A stretch of DNA of 56,080 nt from Lentisphaeria bacterium (GTDB lineage: Bacteria; Verrucomicrobiota; Lentisphaeria; JABSQK01; JAWLHB01), in contig JAWLHB010000052.1 in NCBI GenBank assembly GCA_041690595.1, forward strand, positions 1 to 56,080. Reading direction: 5' to 3'. The notes under the pieces are model-generated. The model worked only from the letters and a program-made list of their open reading frames with translations. It was not told the DNA's origin and made no database searches. Position numbers and translations under genes: made by a program. Each line of letters begins with the position of its first letter. Position 1 is the first letter of the stretch. Of this stretch, positions 35,365-46,220 are shown one piece after another.

Positions 35365-37284
35365 ATGACATCCTGTTCAGCGCTGAAAACGGTCCGCATC
35401 GATGGTGGATTCTGGGGGCGATTGATGGAGGTCAATCGCCGGGTGACGTTGCCGATTGAGCACATGCAGTGCCGGCAATCCGGGCGAATCGAAGCCTTCA
35501 AGCTGGACTGGCGGCCCGGAGAGCCGAACCCGCCGCACATCTTCTGGGATTCCGATGTCGCCAAGTGGATCGAGGCCGCGGCCTACAGCCTGGCTGCGTA
35601 TCCGGATGCGGAACTGGAGGCATCTCTGGATGCGGTGGTCGACCTGGTTGCCGGGGCACAGCAGGAGGACGGCTATCTCAACGTGCACTTTACGGTGGTC
35701 GAGCCGGAGAAGCGGTGGACGAATCTGCGCGACTTGCATGAGTTGTACTGCGCCGGTCACCTGATGGAAGCCGCGGTGGCCTGCTGGGAGGCTCTGGGCA
35801 AGCGCCGGTTGCTGGAGGTCATGTGCCGCTATGCGGATTATATCGGCACGGTCTTCGGTCCGGGAGAGGAGCAGAAGCACGGATATCCCGGCCATGAGGA
35901 GATCGAGCTGGCGCTGGTGAAGCTTCATCATGCCACCGGCGAGAAGCGTTACCTGGAGATGGCCCGCTACTTTGTCGATGCGCGCGGAACGCAGCCCAAC
36001 TATTTCGAGGTTGAAGCCGTGGCGAGAGGCGAACAGCCAAAGTCGTATTGGGCACGCACGTACGAGTATACCCAGGCGCATCTACCCGTTCGCGAGCAGA
36101 GCACGGTGGTGGGGCATTCGGTGCGGGCCATGTATCTCTATTGCGGCATGACCGATGTAGCTGCCCTGACGGGCGATCGCGCGCTTATGGATGCCTGCCA
36201 TCGCTTGTGGCGCAACGTGATCGACCGGCGCATGCACATCACGGGCGGACTCGGGCCGGTCCAGGCGAATGAGGGCTTCACCACGGATTTCGACCTGCCC
36301 AACGAGGGGGCCTATCTGGAAACCTGCGCGGCGGTCGGACTGGCCTTGTGGGCCTGGCGCCTGCTGCAGGCGGAGCTTGACGGTGAGTACGCGGATACGC
36401 TGGAACGGGCGCTTTTCAATGGTACAATCAGCGGTGTGTCGCAGGATGGCGAGCGTTTCTTCTACGGCAATCCGCTGGCGGTGCATCCCGGCTTTGACGG
36501 CAACGGCCGCTACGTGAGCGACGACTATCATTACCGCCGCAGCGAATGGTTTGGCTGTGCCTGCTGCCCGCCCAATATCGCTCGCCTGATTGCTCAGTTG
36601 CCCACCTTCCTGTATTCCACGCATGAGGAGAGGCTCGCGGTGCATCTGTACGCCGCCAGCCAGAGCGAGCTGGAGGTGGCGGGGCAGAAGGTGCGGGTTG
36701 TGCAGGAGACGGACTATCCGTGGGACGGCAGGGTGACAATCACGATCTCTCCCGAACGTGAGGCGGAATTGATGCTGGCGTTGCGCATTCCCAGCTGGTG
36801 CCGGGACGCCACGCTGAGCCTCAACGGAGAACGGGTCGATGCTGCTCCGATTACAGCCATGGGCTATGTCCGCCTGCGGCGAGTCTGGAAGGGCGGCGAC
36901 CGGCTGGTGCTGGAGCTGCCGATGCCGGTGGAGCGGATCGAAGCGCATCCGGCGGTGCGCCAGGATGGCGGCCGTATTGCGCTGCAGCGGGGACCGATCG
37001 TTTACTGCCTCGAAGAGGTGGACAACGGAGCGCGGCTGAATGACCTGATCCTGGCGGCTGAGCCGGAGTTTGCGGTGGAGCACGGGAGCGAGGGCATTCT
37101 GGAGGGCGTGCCGCTGATTCGGGGTCGGGCATCGCGGCGTGATCCGGCGGCATGGCGGAAGGGGCTCTACCGTCCGCTGGTTCCGCGGTCGCGCCAGTCC
37201 TGCTCGTTCACCGCCATCCCCTATTACCTGTGGGCAAATCGTCAACCGGGCGAGATGGTCGTCTGGATCAACCATGAATCCTGA
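35365..37284 (+). CDS. GH127 beta-L-arabinofuranosidase-family protein
   Basis: FWDSDVAKWIEA, HELYCAGH, GHSVRAMY, NEGF, ETC, WFGCACCPPN, LQRGPIVYC. GGAGG RBS. Confidence 0.93.
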   Translation: MTSCSALKTVRIDGGFWGRLMEVNRRVTLPIEHMQCRQSGRIEAFKLDWRPGEPNPPHIFWDSDVAKWIEAAAYSLAAYPDAELEASLDAVVDLVAGAQQEDGYLNVHFTVVEPEKRWTNLRDLHELYCAGHLMEAAVACWEALGKRRLLEVMCRYADYIGTVFGPGEEQKHGYPGHEEIELALVKLHHATGEKRYLEMARYFVDARGTQPNYFEVEAVARGEQPKSYWARTYEYTQAHLPVREQSTVVGHSVRAMYLYCGMTDVAALTGDRALMDACHRLWRNVIDRRMHITGGLGPVQANEGFTTDFDLPNEGAYLETCAAVGLALWAWRLLQAELDGEYADTLERALFNGTISGVSQDGERFFYGNPLAVHPGFDGNGRYVSDDYHYRRSEWFGCACCPPNIARLIAQLPTFLYSTHEERLAVHLYAASQSELEVAGQKVRVVQETDYPWDGRVTITISPEREAELMLALRIPSWCRDATLSLNGERVDAAPITAMGYVRLRRVWKGGDRLVLELPMPVERIEAHPAVRQDGGRIALQRGPIVYCLEEVDNGARLNDLILAAEPEFAVEHGSEGILEGVPLIRGRASRRDPAAWRKGLYRPLVPRSRQSCSFTAIPYYLWANRQPGEMVVWINHES

Positions 37285-37296
37285 TGGAGATTACAC

Positions 37297-40200
37297 ATGA
37301 AGCGAGTGCTGATCCTGATAGTTGCGATACTCCTGCTCGGCGCCGTGGCGCATGCCGAGAGGCTGCGCGGCTTCGGCGAGGTTGAACTCCGGCTTGAAGA
37401 GGATGGCCTGCTGACCTTCGTCTGTGAAGATGTGGAGCACGCGCGGCTGCTGATGCACAAGCTTGGGCGCGATCTGGGCCAGAGCGCGACCGTGCCGGCA
37501 CGGTGGGAGCGGGTGCAGGCAGGCAGCCTTGCGGTGCCCGTGCTCGTGCGGCCGGGACTGGGCGTATTCCTGCCGATGACTCTCGGCCGGAAGCTGGTCG
37601 TTCTGACGGGGAGCGTCGACGAAGCTCCGGCCCTGGCTGCCAGAGCGGTCGCACTTGGCGACGCAGGTTTTTTCGATCCCGATTTCCGCTATCCCGCCTA
37701 TCTGGACAAGTTCTCGCACCACGGGATCGGCTCGTGGTATCCGAGCAACTGGGGCGACAAGAACACGCAAGGCAAGCCCAACGGCGTCGACGATCATTTT
37801 GCGTTTGCCCGTGAACTCGATCTGGTGCTGCAGCCCAACGCGGGAGGTTATCTCCTGCGCAACCTGCTGCCGAAACTCCACGAGTATGGGCGGCCATACC
37901 ACTTCGCCAAGTGGCAGGAGTGGAGCCAGGAGTTGGCCATCATGGCACCGGAAGAGCTGATCCAGACGGGTGATCAGTTCTCCGCCATGCCGCATTACTA
38001 TGGACAGGTGAGCGATGGCGGAAAGCGCCTGATGACCTGGCATAACTGGAAGCTGCAGGATCGGGTTCGCCGATATGGGCAGGATCCCCTGCTCATCGAC
38101 TGGCCGGATCCAAACGGGGAGGTTGGCCCCTTCGATCAGGACTTCTTCTGGGACTTCACCGAGAACAACCGGCGCAACTTCGTCCGCTTCCTGCGTGAGA
38201 TCCGCGGGTATAGCCTCGCGTCGCTGGGGGAGGCCTGGCATGGTGACGGGAGCCGCTTTGCCGGTTGGGACGAGGTGCCGATTCCCATGACCTATGAGCT
38301 CTTCGGATGGAGGGCGGACAGCATTCTGGCGGATCGGACGTGGCGGCTGCATCCGGTGGCGCCGGGCCAGGCGCTGAAGGAAGGGCTGGCCGCTGGATTC
38401 CATCGCGACGACGTTGACGACAGCGGCTGGGTCAGCTTCGAGGCGCCGGGCGGCGAGCTGATCTCGACTTTCTGGCGCGCGGGGAAGGCGATCTGGCATC
38501 GCGGTCGCATCGAGGTGCCACAGGACTGGCTCGAGCAGAAGCGGGCGGCCGGGCCGATCTACCTCAACGCCGTTACCTTCACCAACGCGCGCGGCTTTCG
38601 CAATCCGGATCGCGTCTGGCTGAACGGTCAGGAGATAGCCGCCTATTCGCACTGCCCCGGGCACTCGCTGCGCACGCAGTTCGAGATCACCGACTTTCTG
38701 CGCGCGGGCGCCAACTCCATCGCTTACCTGCCGGCGCACGCCTCATTCTACGGCAGCTTCTTCCTCACGGATGAGCCGTGGGAGGTATATCCGTTCAGGG
38801 ATTCGCAACGCAATGCTCGCTATGCGGACTGGCATGAGTATGTGCCATGGGCGGTGGCCGACATGCTGGAGAATACCTACAAGGCGATTCGTGCCGTCGA
38901 TCCGGATCGTCCGATCAAGATGCATGCTTTTCAGAACAAGCATCTGGGTATCTCCCTGGCGGCGCGCTATGGTGCATTCGGACACAATACCGGCGACGAG
39001 GCCTTCTTCCGGCCGTGGGACAAGCGCTTCGGATATGTGCGCGGTGTGCCCGGGTCGGCGGAGCCGAGCGGCAGCGTCGATTCGCCGGAGCACTTCAAGC
39101 GCTGGCTGGGCTGGTACAGCTTCACCGGCTTGAATGCGCTCGACTATTTTCACAACATCCAGTCGATGATGTATTCACCTGCCGCGGCGCTGTGGAAAGA
39201 ATACCTGCCGTACTGGAAGCTGGCGCCGCGTCGCGACATCAAGCAGCCTCAGATCGCCTTGATGTGGTCGAGCCGCAACAATCATCTGCTCTCGCGCCCA
39301 GTGCCGTACTGCTTTGACCTGGGGCGGGGCGATCTTCAGGCGATCGGCTATTCCTATGTCTATGCCGACGAAAGCACCCTTCGCGATGGTCTGGTTGACG
39401 ACTATCCCGTGCTGTGGGATACGGGGAGTTTCATCCTGGATGAGGCGACCATTGCCGATCTTCGCCGCTATGTGGAAGGGGGCGGGACTTATGTCATGCT
39501 GCAGGAGACTGGCCGGCACACCACGACGCAACGCGACAGTTGGCCGATCAGCGACCTTACCGGCTTCAGGGTGAAGGAGGTCCGGCCAATGACCGGCAGC
39601 GTCGCCATCATGAACGAGCAGCCCGTCTTCCGCAAGCTGGCGGGCTCCACTTGGTACAATCGCGGCAAGTCCATCGACTATTCCGATTACAATTATGCTG
39701 ACAAGTGCATCGCACTGGAGCCTGTCGCCGAGGGCGTCACCGCCATTGCCCGGTATGAAGACGGCGCCATCGCCATCGGCATGCGTGAGTTGGGGAAGGG
39801 CAGAGTCATTGTGCTGGGAAGTCCTTTCTGGCGCGACTCGTACGACCTCGCCGGGATGTGGTGGCCGGGAGAGAGCCAGAGCGCCTTTCTCGAGGACATT
39901 CTTGATGGACTGGGGCTGAAGCCGCTGGCCGCCGCGGACACGCACCACGTTTGGCGCGAGCATTACCTGGCGACCAACGGTACGGAAGAGTTCCTGCACC
40001 TGCATAATCCGGGCGATGAGCCGCGCACCTTTACTACGGAATGGACGACGGTGCATCCAGCCACTACCCTTCATGATCCCAAGAACGGCCGGGAAATACC
40101 GGCGATCATCGACGGCACCATGGTGCGGCTGGAAGGGCTGACCCTGGGACCGCGCGAAACGCTCATTCTTGCCACGCAACCGACCAGGGAGCCGCGGGGC

Positions 40201-41118
40201 GCCGTGCAGGACTGGTTTGCCAAGCTCGGGCAGTGGTGGCGCCAGTCGGAGTCCGGCGAGGTGCTCGAGCGCCCAGATCTTCCCCTCTACGAGTTGCGCC
40301 TGGCGGATGATCTCCATGCCAAGGTGCTGACGTCCGAGGAAGCCGACGCACTGCCGGCAATACCGGCCGGCACGGTGTTGGGTGCCTGCCAGAGCAGGGC
40401 CGCCTTCAACGACAATCCCGACAGTGAGCGCCGCTGCGTCTTTCACATTGCCTTTGCCACGCCGCGTGAATGGCGCGCGGAGGACAGCGTCCTGCTCTTC
40501 ATCCGGGGGATGACTCACGCGATCGGCAATGTTGTCGGTCCCGTCGATGCCTGGGTCAATGGCACGCAGGTACTCGATCAGGCCGATGCCAGCGCCCGCG
40601 GCTACAGCAGCCTGCAGGGTGGGGCGGAGGTGGAGATCGGCACGCTGCTCAGACGCGACGCCGACAATGTTCTGGTCTTCACCACCGGTCCGAACGGCTT
40701 CCATGGCGAGGTGGATATCCAGATGCGGCCCGCTCCCGCCGAAGAGCTGGAGATCGCCGGTGAGTGGCAGCTGCAGGCCGGCACGGCCAGCGGCCTGAGT
40801 ACCATCGAGCTGCCCGGCGCCATGACGGGGCTCTATGCGTGGCGGGAGTTCACCATACCGGTCGAATGGCAGGAAGACCGGATCTTCGCGCGCCTGGAGC
40901 TGGCGGACGTGCGGCCGCTGAATGCCTTTGCCGTCAATGGCAAAATGATCTTTCACCCGGTAAACTGGTTCGAGCCTGTCACCTATATGGATGTGACTCC
41001 GTGGGTGAAGCCGGGAGCGGCAAATCGGCTGACGCTGATCACGACCGCGGCCGTCAAAGGCTGGGAGCCGGGCACCCTGCACGTCGAGCGTGTCGTGCTC
41101 CAACGCGTGAAGCGCTGA
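37297..41118 (+). CDS. Secreted multidomain clan GH-A / GH42-like protein, paralog 2
   Basis: Signal peptide (AHA cleavage site), LRGFG, DPNGE, SAEPSG, TGRHT, DSWPISDLTG. Confidence 0.75.
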   Translation: MKRVLILIVAILLLGAVAHAERLRGFGEVELRLEEDGLLTFVCEDVEHARLLMHKLGRDLGQSATVPARWERVQAGSLAVPVLVRPGLGVFLPMTLGRKLVVLTGSVDEAPALAARAVALGDAGFFDPDFRYPAYLDKFSHHGIGSWYPSNWGDKNTQGKPNGVDDHFAFARELDLVLQPNAGGYLLRNLLPKLHEYGRPYHFAKWQEWSQELAIMAPEELIQTGDQFSAMPHYYGQVSDGGKRLMTWHNWKLQDRVRRYGQDPLLIDWPDPNGEVGPFDQDFFWDFTENNRRNFVRFLREIRGYSLASLGEAWHGDGSRFAGWDEVPIPMTYELFGWRADSILADRTWRLHPVAPGQALKEGLAAGFHRDDVDDSGWVSFEAPGGELISTFWRAGKAIWHRGRIEVPQDWLEQKRAAGPIYLNAVTFTNARGFRNPDRVWLNGQEIAAYSHCPGHSLRTQFEITDFLRAGANSIAYLPAHASFYGSFFLTDEPWEVYPFRDSQRNARYADWHEYVPWAVADMLENTYKAIRAVDPDRPIKMHAFQNKHLGISLAARYGAFGHNTGDEAFFRPWDKRFGYVRGVPGSAEPSGSVDSPEHFKRWLGWYSFTGLNALDYFHNIQSMMYSPAAALWKEYLPYWKLAPRRDIKQPQIALMWSSRNNHLLSRPVPYCFDLGRGDLQAIGYSYVYADESTLRDGLVDDYPVLWDTGSFILDEATIADLRRYVEGGGTYVMLQETGRHTTTQRDSWPISDLTGFRVKEVRPMTGSVAIMNEQPVFRKLAGSTWYNRGKSIDYSDYNYADKCIALEPVAEGVTAIARYEDGAIAIGMRELGKGRVIVLGSPFWRDSYDLAGMWWPGESQSAFLEDILDGLGLKPLAAADTHHVWREHYLATNGTEEFLHLHNPGDEPRTFTTEWTTVHPATTLHDPKNGREIPAIIDGTMVRLEGLTLGPRETLILATQPTREPRGAVQDWFAKLGQWWRQSESGEVLERPDLPLYELRLADDLHAKVLTSEEADALPAIPAGTVLGACQSRAAFNDNPDSERRCVFHIAFATPREWRAEDSVLLFIRGMTHAIGNVVGPVDAWVNGTQVLDQADASARGYSSLQGGAEVEIGTLLRRDADNVLVFTTGPNGFHGEVDIQMRPAPAEELEIAGEWQLQAGTASGLSTIELPGAMTGLYAWREFTIPVEWQEDRIFARLELADVRPLNAFAVNGKMIFHPVNWFEPVTYMDVTPWVKPGAANRLTLITTAAVKGWEPGTLHVERVVLQRVKR

Positions 41119-41144
41119 ACCTGCAACCATCAGGAGAATCCCAC

Positions 41145-42062
41145 ATGTGGAAGTCACTCATTCTGCTGTTGCTTGCCGTATCGCTGACATGCGCCCAGGA
41201 GCCGGCCAAGGATGCCCTTCCCGAACCGACCCGCCAGGATGTGAAATATGGTCCTGACGAGCGCAACGTTCTCGATTTCTGGCAGGCTCCCGGCGAAGCT
41301 CCGCGACCGGTTCTGGTGCTGATCCATGGAGGCGGCTGGCTGCATGGCGACAAGATGGCGGAGGCCAAGGGAGGACGCCACCTGCTGATGGCGATGCTGC
41401 GGAATGGCGTCTCGGTGGCCAGCATCAACTATCGTCTTGCTACCACCGCTCCCCTGCCGGCGCCGGTGCACGATGCGGCGCGGGCCATCCAATACCTGCG
41501 GGCCAACGCGGCTGAATTCGGCATCGATCCGGCCTTCATCGCGGCCACGGGAGGCTCAGCCGGCGGCTGCACGAGTCTCTGGCTGGCCACCCATGACGAT
41601 ATTGCCGATCCGAACGCCGACGATCCGGTGCTCCGGGAATCGAGCCGCATTTGCGGCGCCTATGTCCGTTCCGCCCAGACGACCTTGGAGCCGCACGTCA
41701 TCCGCGAGTCGGTGACGCCGGCAGCATTGCGGCACGGGATGATTCACCGCGCCGGGGGCTTCGGCAGCAATCAGGAGATGGAGGCGAACTACGAGAAGGT
41801 TGCGGAGCTGTACCGGGACTTTTCGCCGCTGGCGCACCTGGACGCGAACGATCCACCAACCCTCCTCACCTACGCGGGACGCCTGGACGATGAGAAGGAA
41901 GGTATCCATCACGCGCGCTTCGGTCTGGTCTTCAAGCTGCGCGCGGACGAAGTGCGGGCGCCATGCTATCTGGCGTTGCGTCACGATGGCGAGAGCTTTC
42001 CCGGCGCTCCAAAGCCGATCGATTTTCTGCTCCATGTACTGACCGGCAAGGATCTTCCCTGA
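41145..42062 (+). CDS. Exported alpha/beta hydrolase (HSL/BD-FAE-like carbohydrate esterase)
   Basis: Signal peptide, HGGGW oxyanion motif, GGSAGG nucleophile elbow, GIHH. AGGAG RBS. Confidence 0.88.
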   Translation: MWKSLILLLLAVSLTCAQEPAKDALPEPTRQDVKYGPDERNVLDFWQAPGEAPRPVLVLIHGGGWLHGDKMAEAKGGRHLLMAMLRNGVSVASINYRLATTAPLPAPVHDAARAIQYLRANAAEFGIDPAFIAATGGSAGGCTSLWLATHDDIADPNADDPVLRESSRICGAYVRSAQTTLEPHVIRESVTPAALRHGMIHRAGGFGSNQEMEANYEKVAELYRDFSPLAHLDANDPPTLLTYAGRLDDEKEGIHHARFGLVFKLRADEVRAPCYLALRHDGESFPGAPKPIDFLLHVLTGKDLP

Positions 42063-42129
42063 AGGGATCCTGGCGACACAGGCTCAATCTGCTGAAGTTC
42101 AACCCACCATGATGAGAGGGAATGACGTG

Positions 42130-45100
42130 ATGAAACACCTGATGCGACTGATCGTGTTCGCCTTGGCTTGTGCCGCTGCGGAAGCTGCCTGGCAACGTGA
42201 ACAGATTGCGAACGTTCCGGCGGGTCAGGAGCTGCGCGGCTTTGGGCGTGTCGCCACCTCTCTGGAAGAATGGCGGGATGCGGATGGGGCGCGGGTGGGA
42301 GTGATGCGCTTCCGGTGCGCCAGCAACCTGCACGCCTCTACCCTGATCGGCAAGTTCCTGGCCGATCAGGAGCTTTCCGACGGCGTCGAAAAGATCGGGA
42401 GAGGTGGCCTGCCGATGGTCACGTTGCCGGGTGGCGCGGCGTTGGTCGGCTGCATCGCCGGGGCGGAAGGGCGAATCCTCTTCGCGCCCTCGGCGGAGAT
42501 CCTGTCGAGCTTTGCCGTGGAGCATCGGGAGGTCGTGCTCGGTGCCGTCGCCGATGCGCCATATCCCGCCTGGCTGGACCGATTCGATCGCTATGGCTGG
42601 GGATGCTACGGCATGGGCGGATTCAGCAATTACCACGACTGGATGACGAAAGTGGACGGCCAGAGAACGCCGAAGGATCCCACCGAAGATGTGGCCTTCA
42701 TGATCGAGAACGATTTCCGCTTCGAACCGTGGCTGGATCCCGTCGGCTTCGACAACAGCGACGGCATCATGAAGAACACGGAACACGAGTGGATGACCAA
42801 ACTGCTGACCGAAGCGGGGATGCCCTTCTCGTTTCGCGTCTACGGCGCGGCTGGTGGCGCTGACTGGACGGCGCGTCGTTTCCCGGAGTACAGCGAGCAG
42901 CCGGCCAGTTTCCTGATGAGTGGCTGGCATGGCCCCGATCTCCACAACAAGACGCAGCCGCACCTGACCTGGTTCGACCGGGACATTCACCGCTACATGG
43001 CGGTCAAGACGATGGATATGATGAAGCTGTACGCCGATCACCCCCTCAACATGGGCTGGATGCATCCGCACGGCGAGCTTTCCCATGACGAATGGTACGA
43101 CCGCCATGATGACTACTCACTGACGGCTCACCGCCACTGGCGGAACTACCTCCAGGGCAAGGAGCTGTCGCTTGCCGATGTTTCGCGCCTGTACGGAAGG
43201 CCGGAGCGCCCATTCGCGGCATGGGAACAGGTGCCGGTACCGGAGTTTGCGACCTTTGCCGGGCTCAATGGACGGCTGCTCTCCCTGGAAGGAACCTGGT
43301 TCTGGCGCCGCGGGCGGAGCGCCACGAAGAAGGAAGACACCAGCTTCCCCGGACTGGAGCAGGAATGGTATCGGCAGCCGCTGGATCCCGAGAGCTGGCA
43401 GGCGACGGAGTTGCCCGGCAACGACAGCCTCTTCCAGGTGTTGCCGAAAGATCTCGGCTGGTTCGCCACCACTTGGTTCCGCCGCTCCTTCATGCTGACG
43501 CCCCAGCAGCTCACGCGGAAGCCGATCTACCTGTACTGGTTTCCGATCAGCCATGGCGTCGTCCATTCCGGCGAGCAGGGACGGTACCACGGGGTCTTCG
43601 TCAATGGCGAAAAGGCCGGTGAGATCGGCATCTGGGGAGCGCTCGATGTGACCCATCTGCTGCAGGCCGGCACCAACGAGATTTCGGTGCAGCTCTTCGG
43701 TCCGGTCTGGAATGGTCGGATCTTCCTGTCGACGGAGCCGCCGGCGGTCTATCCGCACCTGGGGGCAGAGGGTAACCGCTTGTATGTGCTTTGGCAGGAT
43801 TGGCACATCGAGGCCAAGTACGACGGCTGGAGCGATATTCTGGATGGCATGCGTCAGGTAGATCCGAACCGCCCGATCAAATACATGGCGCCGATCAAGT
43901 TCCGCGCGGATCGCTGGCTGAAGCTGGCGCGCGACTGGGGCGGCTATGGCCACTTTACCGGTGAAGGGATGTGGTACTTTCCCTGGTACAAGCGCTATGG
44001 ATTTCTCTACGACCTGCCGGCTTCGAGCGAGCCGGGCAGTCCTTACGGCAATGTCGAACAGCAGTTCAATGGTTTCCGCCGCACCTTCCTGGCGGGGCTC
44101 AATGCCCACGACCCGGTCTTTCTGGCGCAGACGTATACGCGCAATCCCGAGGTCCGCCAATGGTGGCTCGATCACAATCCCGTCTTGAAGCGCATGGGCA
44201 AGTATGACATCGATGGCCCGCAGGTCCTGCTCTATCGCTCCACGCATGGAACCATTCGCCTCTACACGCCATCGCCATATCCGGAGGTGGGCGACTCCAC
44301 CCGCCTGGTGCAGAGCGCCTGGAACTGGGACATCGGCCGCGGCACCCTGCAGACACTGGGCCAGTCGTACCTCTACCTGGATGACGGCGGTCTGACCGAT
44401 GGCAAGATGGTCGGCTTTCCGTTGATGATCGATTCCGGCAACGAAACCATACCGACGGAATCGGTCGATGCCATCGAGAAGTGGGTCGCCGCCGGCGGCA
44501 CCTTCGTGACGCTCCCCTTCACCGGGCGCAACAGTGTTCTCGACGCGGACTCCTGGCCCATCTCCCGCCTGACCGGATGCAGAATAAAGAGCATGCGCAA
44601 TGCAGGCGAAGGAACCGTAACCTTTGCCGCCGATCAGACGGTGTTCTCGGGGTTTGCGGGCAAGAGTTTTCCGGATGCGGGCATGTCCATGGACTATATC
44701 GGCAACAATCTCAACCAACTGAGTGTGGAGCTGGAGCCCCGGGATAATGTCGATGTGCTGGCCACCTTCGAAAATGGGGCGCCGGCCATTGTGCGGCATC
44801 GGATCGGAGCAGGGCAGGTGATCGTCCTGGGCACCACCTTCTGGCGGCAGAGCAAGGATGTCCAGGGCATCTGGTGGCCGGAACCCCTCGAGACCGACTT
44901 CATGGCCGACTTGCTGCACGGCGTCGGATTCGCGGATGCGGTCTGTACCACCGACGATCGGTTGGTCTGGCCGCAGCCCTATCGCTCCAATAATGGTCTG
45001 GACTCGGTGACCTGCCTGGTGAGCTGGCATGAGGATGTGGATGTGGAGGTAACGGTTCGCCTGCGTTTGCCGCGGCGGCCGGCCCGCCTGACCAGCTATG

Positions 45101-46107
45101 GCGTTGACGGCATCCAACAGCTCGACTTCACCTGGGAGGATGGCGTTGCCACGACCCGCATCCAGATGCCGGCGAAGGAGGTGAAGGTGATCGATGCCGC
45201 CGTCCATGAACCGCGTTCGGCAATCGAACACTGGTGGCAGTATCAGCAGAAGCTGTGGCACCAGCTCAAGGAGCCGGGCATCGACTTCTCCGCCTATCGG
45301 CAAGGCAAATGGGAGGATCCCACCCTCGATCTGCGCATCGGGGGCGCGGATTTCGCGCTTGCGGAGGATGCCGAAGCCGCCTGGCAGCCGGCGCCAGTGA
45401 GCGTGCTCAACATGTTCGGCGCACCGGCTGGCCAGCCATTGCTGCTGCGCAAGCGCTTCGCGGTACCGGAAGGGTGGGCGGCCAAGGGCGGCACCATCCA
45501 CCTGATCAGTGGATCCTGGACGGGGCCGCACTACCAGGGGAGCGCCCGCCTCAGCCTCAACGGCACGATGCTTCATGACTATCCCGGGACCAACTACCAG
45601 GAGTTCGATGTGACCCGTCTCCTTACGGACGGGGAAAACGAGCTGGTCTTCGAGTTCAAGGGAGACCGCGAGTACCAGGGGATCACCGGTAACGTCTACC
45701 TGTACCATCGGGCGCCGCCGGCACGCCGTCTTGATCTGGCGGGGAGTTGGGATGCCGAGGATGCGGCGGGCGAGCCCTTGGTCGTCACGCTGCCGGGTGA
45801 GGCGCGGATCTGGAACCCGTCCCGCTCTGTCTTCATTCCGGCCGAATGGGAGGAGAAGTACCACGTGCGGATCTACCTGAAGGGGATCACTCACGACAGT
45901 GCCGGCGCGATGGTGAACGGACGCCTGGCGCGCCGTCATCATCACTGGTTCGGCAGCTGGGGCGACATTGACATCACGCGCTTTCTGCGCTTTGGCGAGG
46001 AGAACCAGATCGAGCTTCTCCACGTCTACGGCCATGAACGCAACCCCAAGCGCCCCCCACAGTGGAACCTGCGGAAGGTGGAACTCCACCTTTTTCCAAA
46101 AAACTGA
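42130..46107 (+). CDS. Secreted multidomain clan GH-A / GH42-like protein, paralog 3
   Basis: Signal peptide, LRGFG, HPHGE, SSEPGS, TGRNS, DSWPISRLTG, YRSNNGLD. Confidence 0.75.
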   Translation: MKHLMRLIVFALACAAAEAAWQREQIANVPAGQELRGFGRVATSLEEWRDADGARVGVMRFRCASNLHASTLIGKFLADQELSDGVEKIGRGGLPMVTLPGGAALVGCIAGAEGRILFAPSAEILSSFAVEHREVVLGAVADAPYPAWLDRFDRYGWGCYGMGGFSNYHDWMTKVDGQRTPKDPTEDVAFMIENDFRFEPWLDPVGFDNSDGIMKNTEHEWMTKLLTEAGMPFSFRVYGAAGGADWTARRFPEYSEQPASFLMSGWHGPDLHNKTQPHLTWFDRDIHRYMAVKTMDMMKLYADHPLNMGWMHPHGELSHDEWYDRHDDYSLTAHRHWRNYLQGKELSLADVSRLYGRPERPFAAWEQVPVPEFATFAGLNGRLLSLEGTWFWRRGRSATKKEDTSFPGLEQEWYRQPLDPESWQATELPGNDSLFQVLPKDLGWFATTWFRRSFMLTPQQLTRKPIYLYWFPISHGVVHSGEQGRYHGVFVNGEKAGEIGIWGALDVTHLLQAGTNEISVQLFGPVWNGRIFLSTEPPAVYPHLGAEGNRLYVLWQDWHIEAKYDGWSDILDGMRQVDPNRPIKYMAPIKFRADRWLKLARDWGGYGHFTGEGMWYFPWYKRYGFLYDLPASSEPGSPYGNVEQQFNGFRRTFLAGLNAHDPVFLAQTYTRNPEVRQWWLDHNPVLKRMGKYDIDGPQVLLYRSTHGTIRLYTPSPYPEVGDSTRLVQSAWNWDIGRGTLQTLGQSYLYLDDGGLTDGKMVGFPLMIDSGNETIPTESVDAIEKWVAAGGTFVTLPFTGRNSVLDADSWPISRLTGCRIKSMRNAGEGTVTFAADQTVFSGFAGKSFPDAGMSMDYIGNNLNQLSVELEPRDNVDVLATFENGAPAIVRHRIGAGQVIVLGTTFWRQSKDVQGIWWPEPLETDFMADLLHGVGFADAVCTTDDRLVWPQPYRSNNGLDSVTCLVSWHEDVDVEVTVRLRLPRRPARLTSYGVDGIQQLDFTWEDGVATTRIQMPAKEVKVIDAAVHEPRSAIEHWWQYQQKLWHQLKEPGIDFSAYRQGKWEDPTLDLRIGGADFALAEDAEAAWQPAPVSVLNMFGAPAGQPLLLRKRFAVPEGWAAKGGTIHLISGSWTGPHYQGSARLSLNGTMLHDYPGTNYQEFDVTRLLTDGENELVFEFKGDREYQGITGNVYLYHRAPPARRLDLAGSWDAEDAAGEPLVVTLPGEARIWNPSRSVFIPAEWEEKYHVRIYLKGITHDSAGAMVNGRLARRHHHWFGSWGDIDITRFLRFGEENQIELLHVYGHERNPKRPPQWNLRKVELHLFPKN

Positions 46108-46220
46108 TCGGCATCACCTTCAAAGAGGTGCAACTCTCCCGCTGCGCGCTATTGTAGCGGGAAAGTGGCCCTGCCTCGAATATCAGCACAGTGAAGCTCT
46201 ACCAGGGAGTTGGGAATACG

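Noticed and set aside
31389..35564. 1391-aa minus-strand ORF, and similar long antisense ORFs (1542-4424, 4485-6299, 43117-46089, 39175-41157, 46149-48080)
   Set aside because: They mirror well-supported genes on the opposite strand and have no recognisable motifs. Such shadow ORFs are expected from high-GC codon usage.
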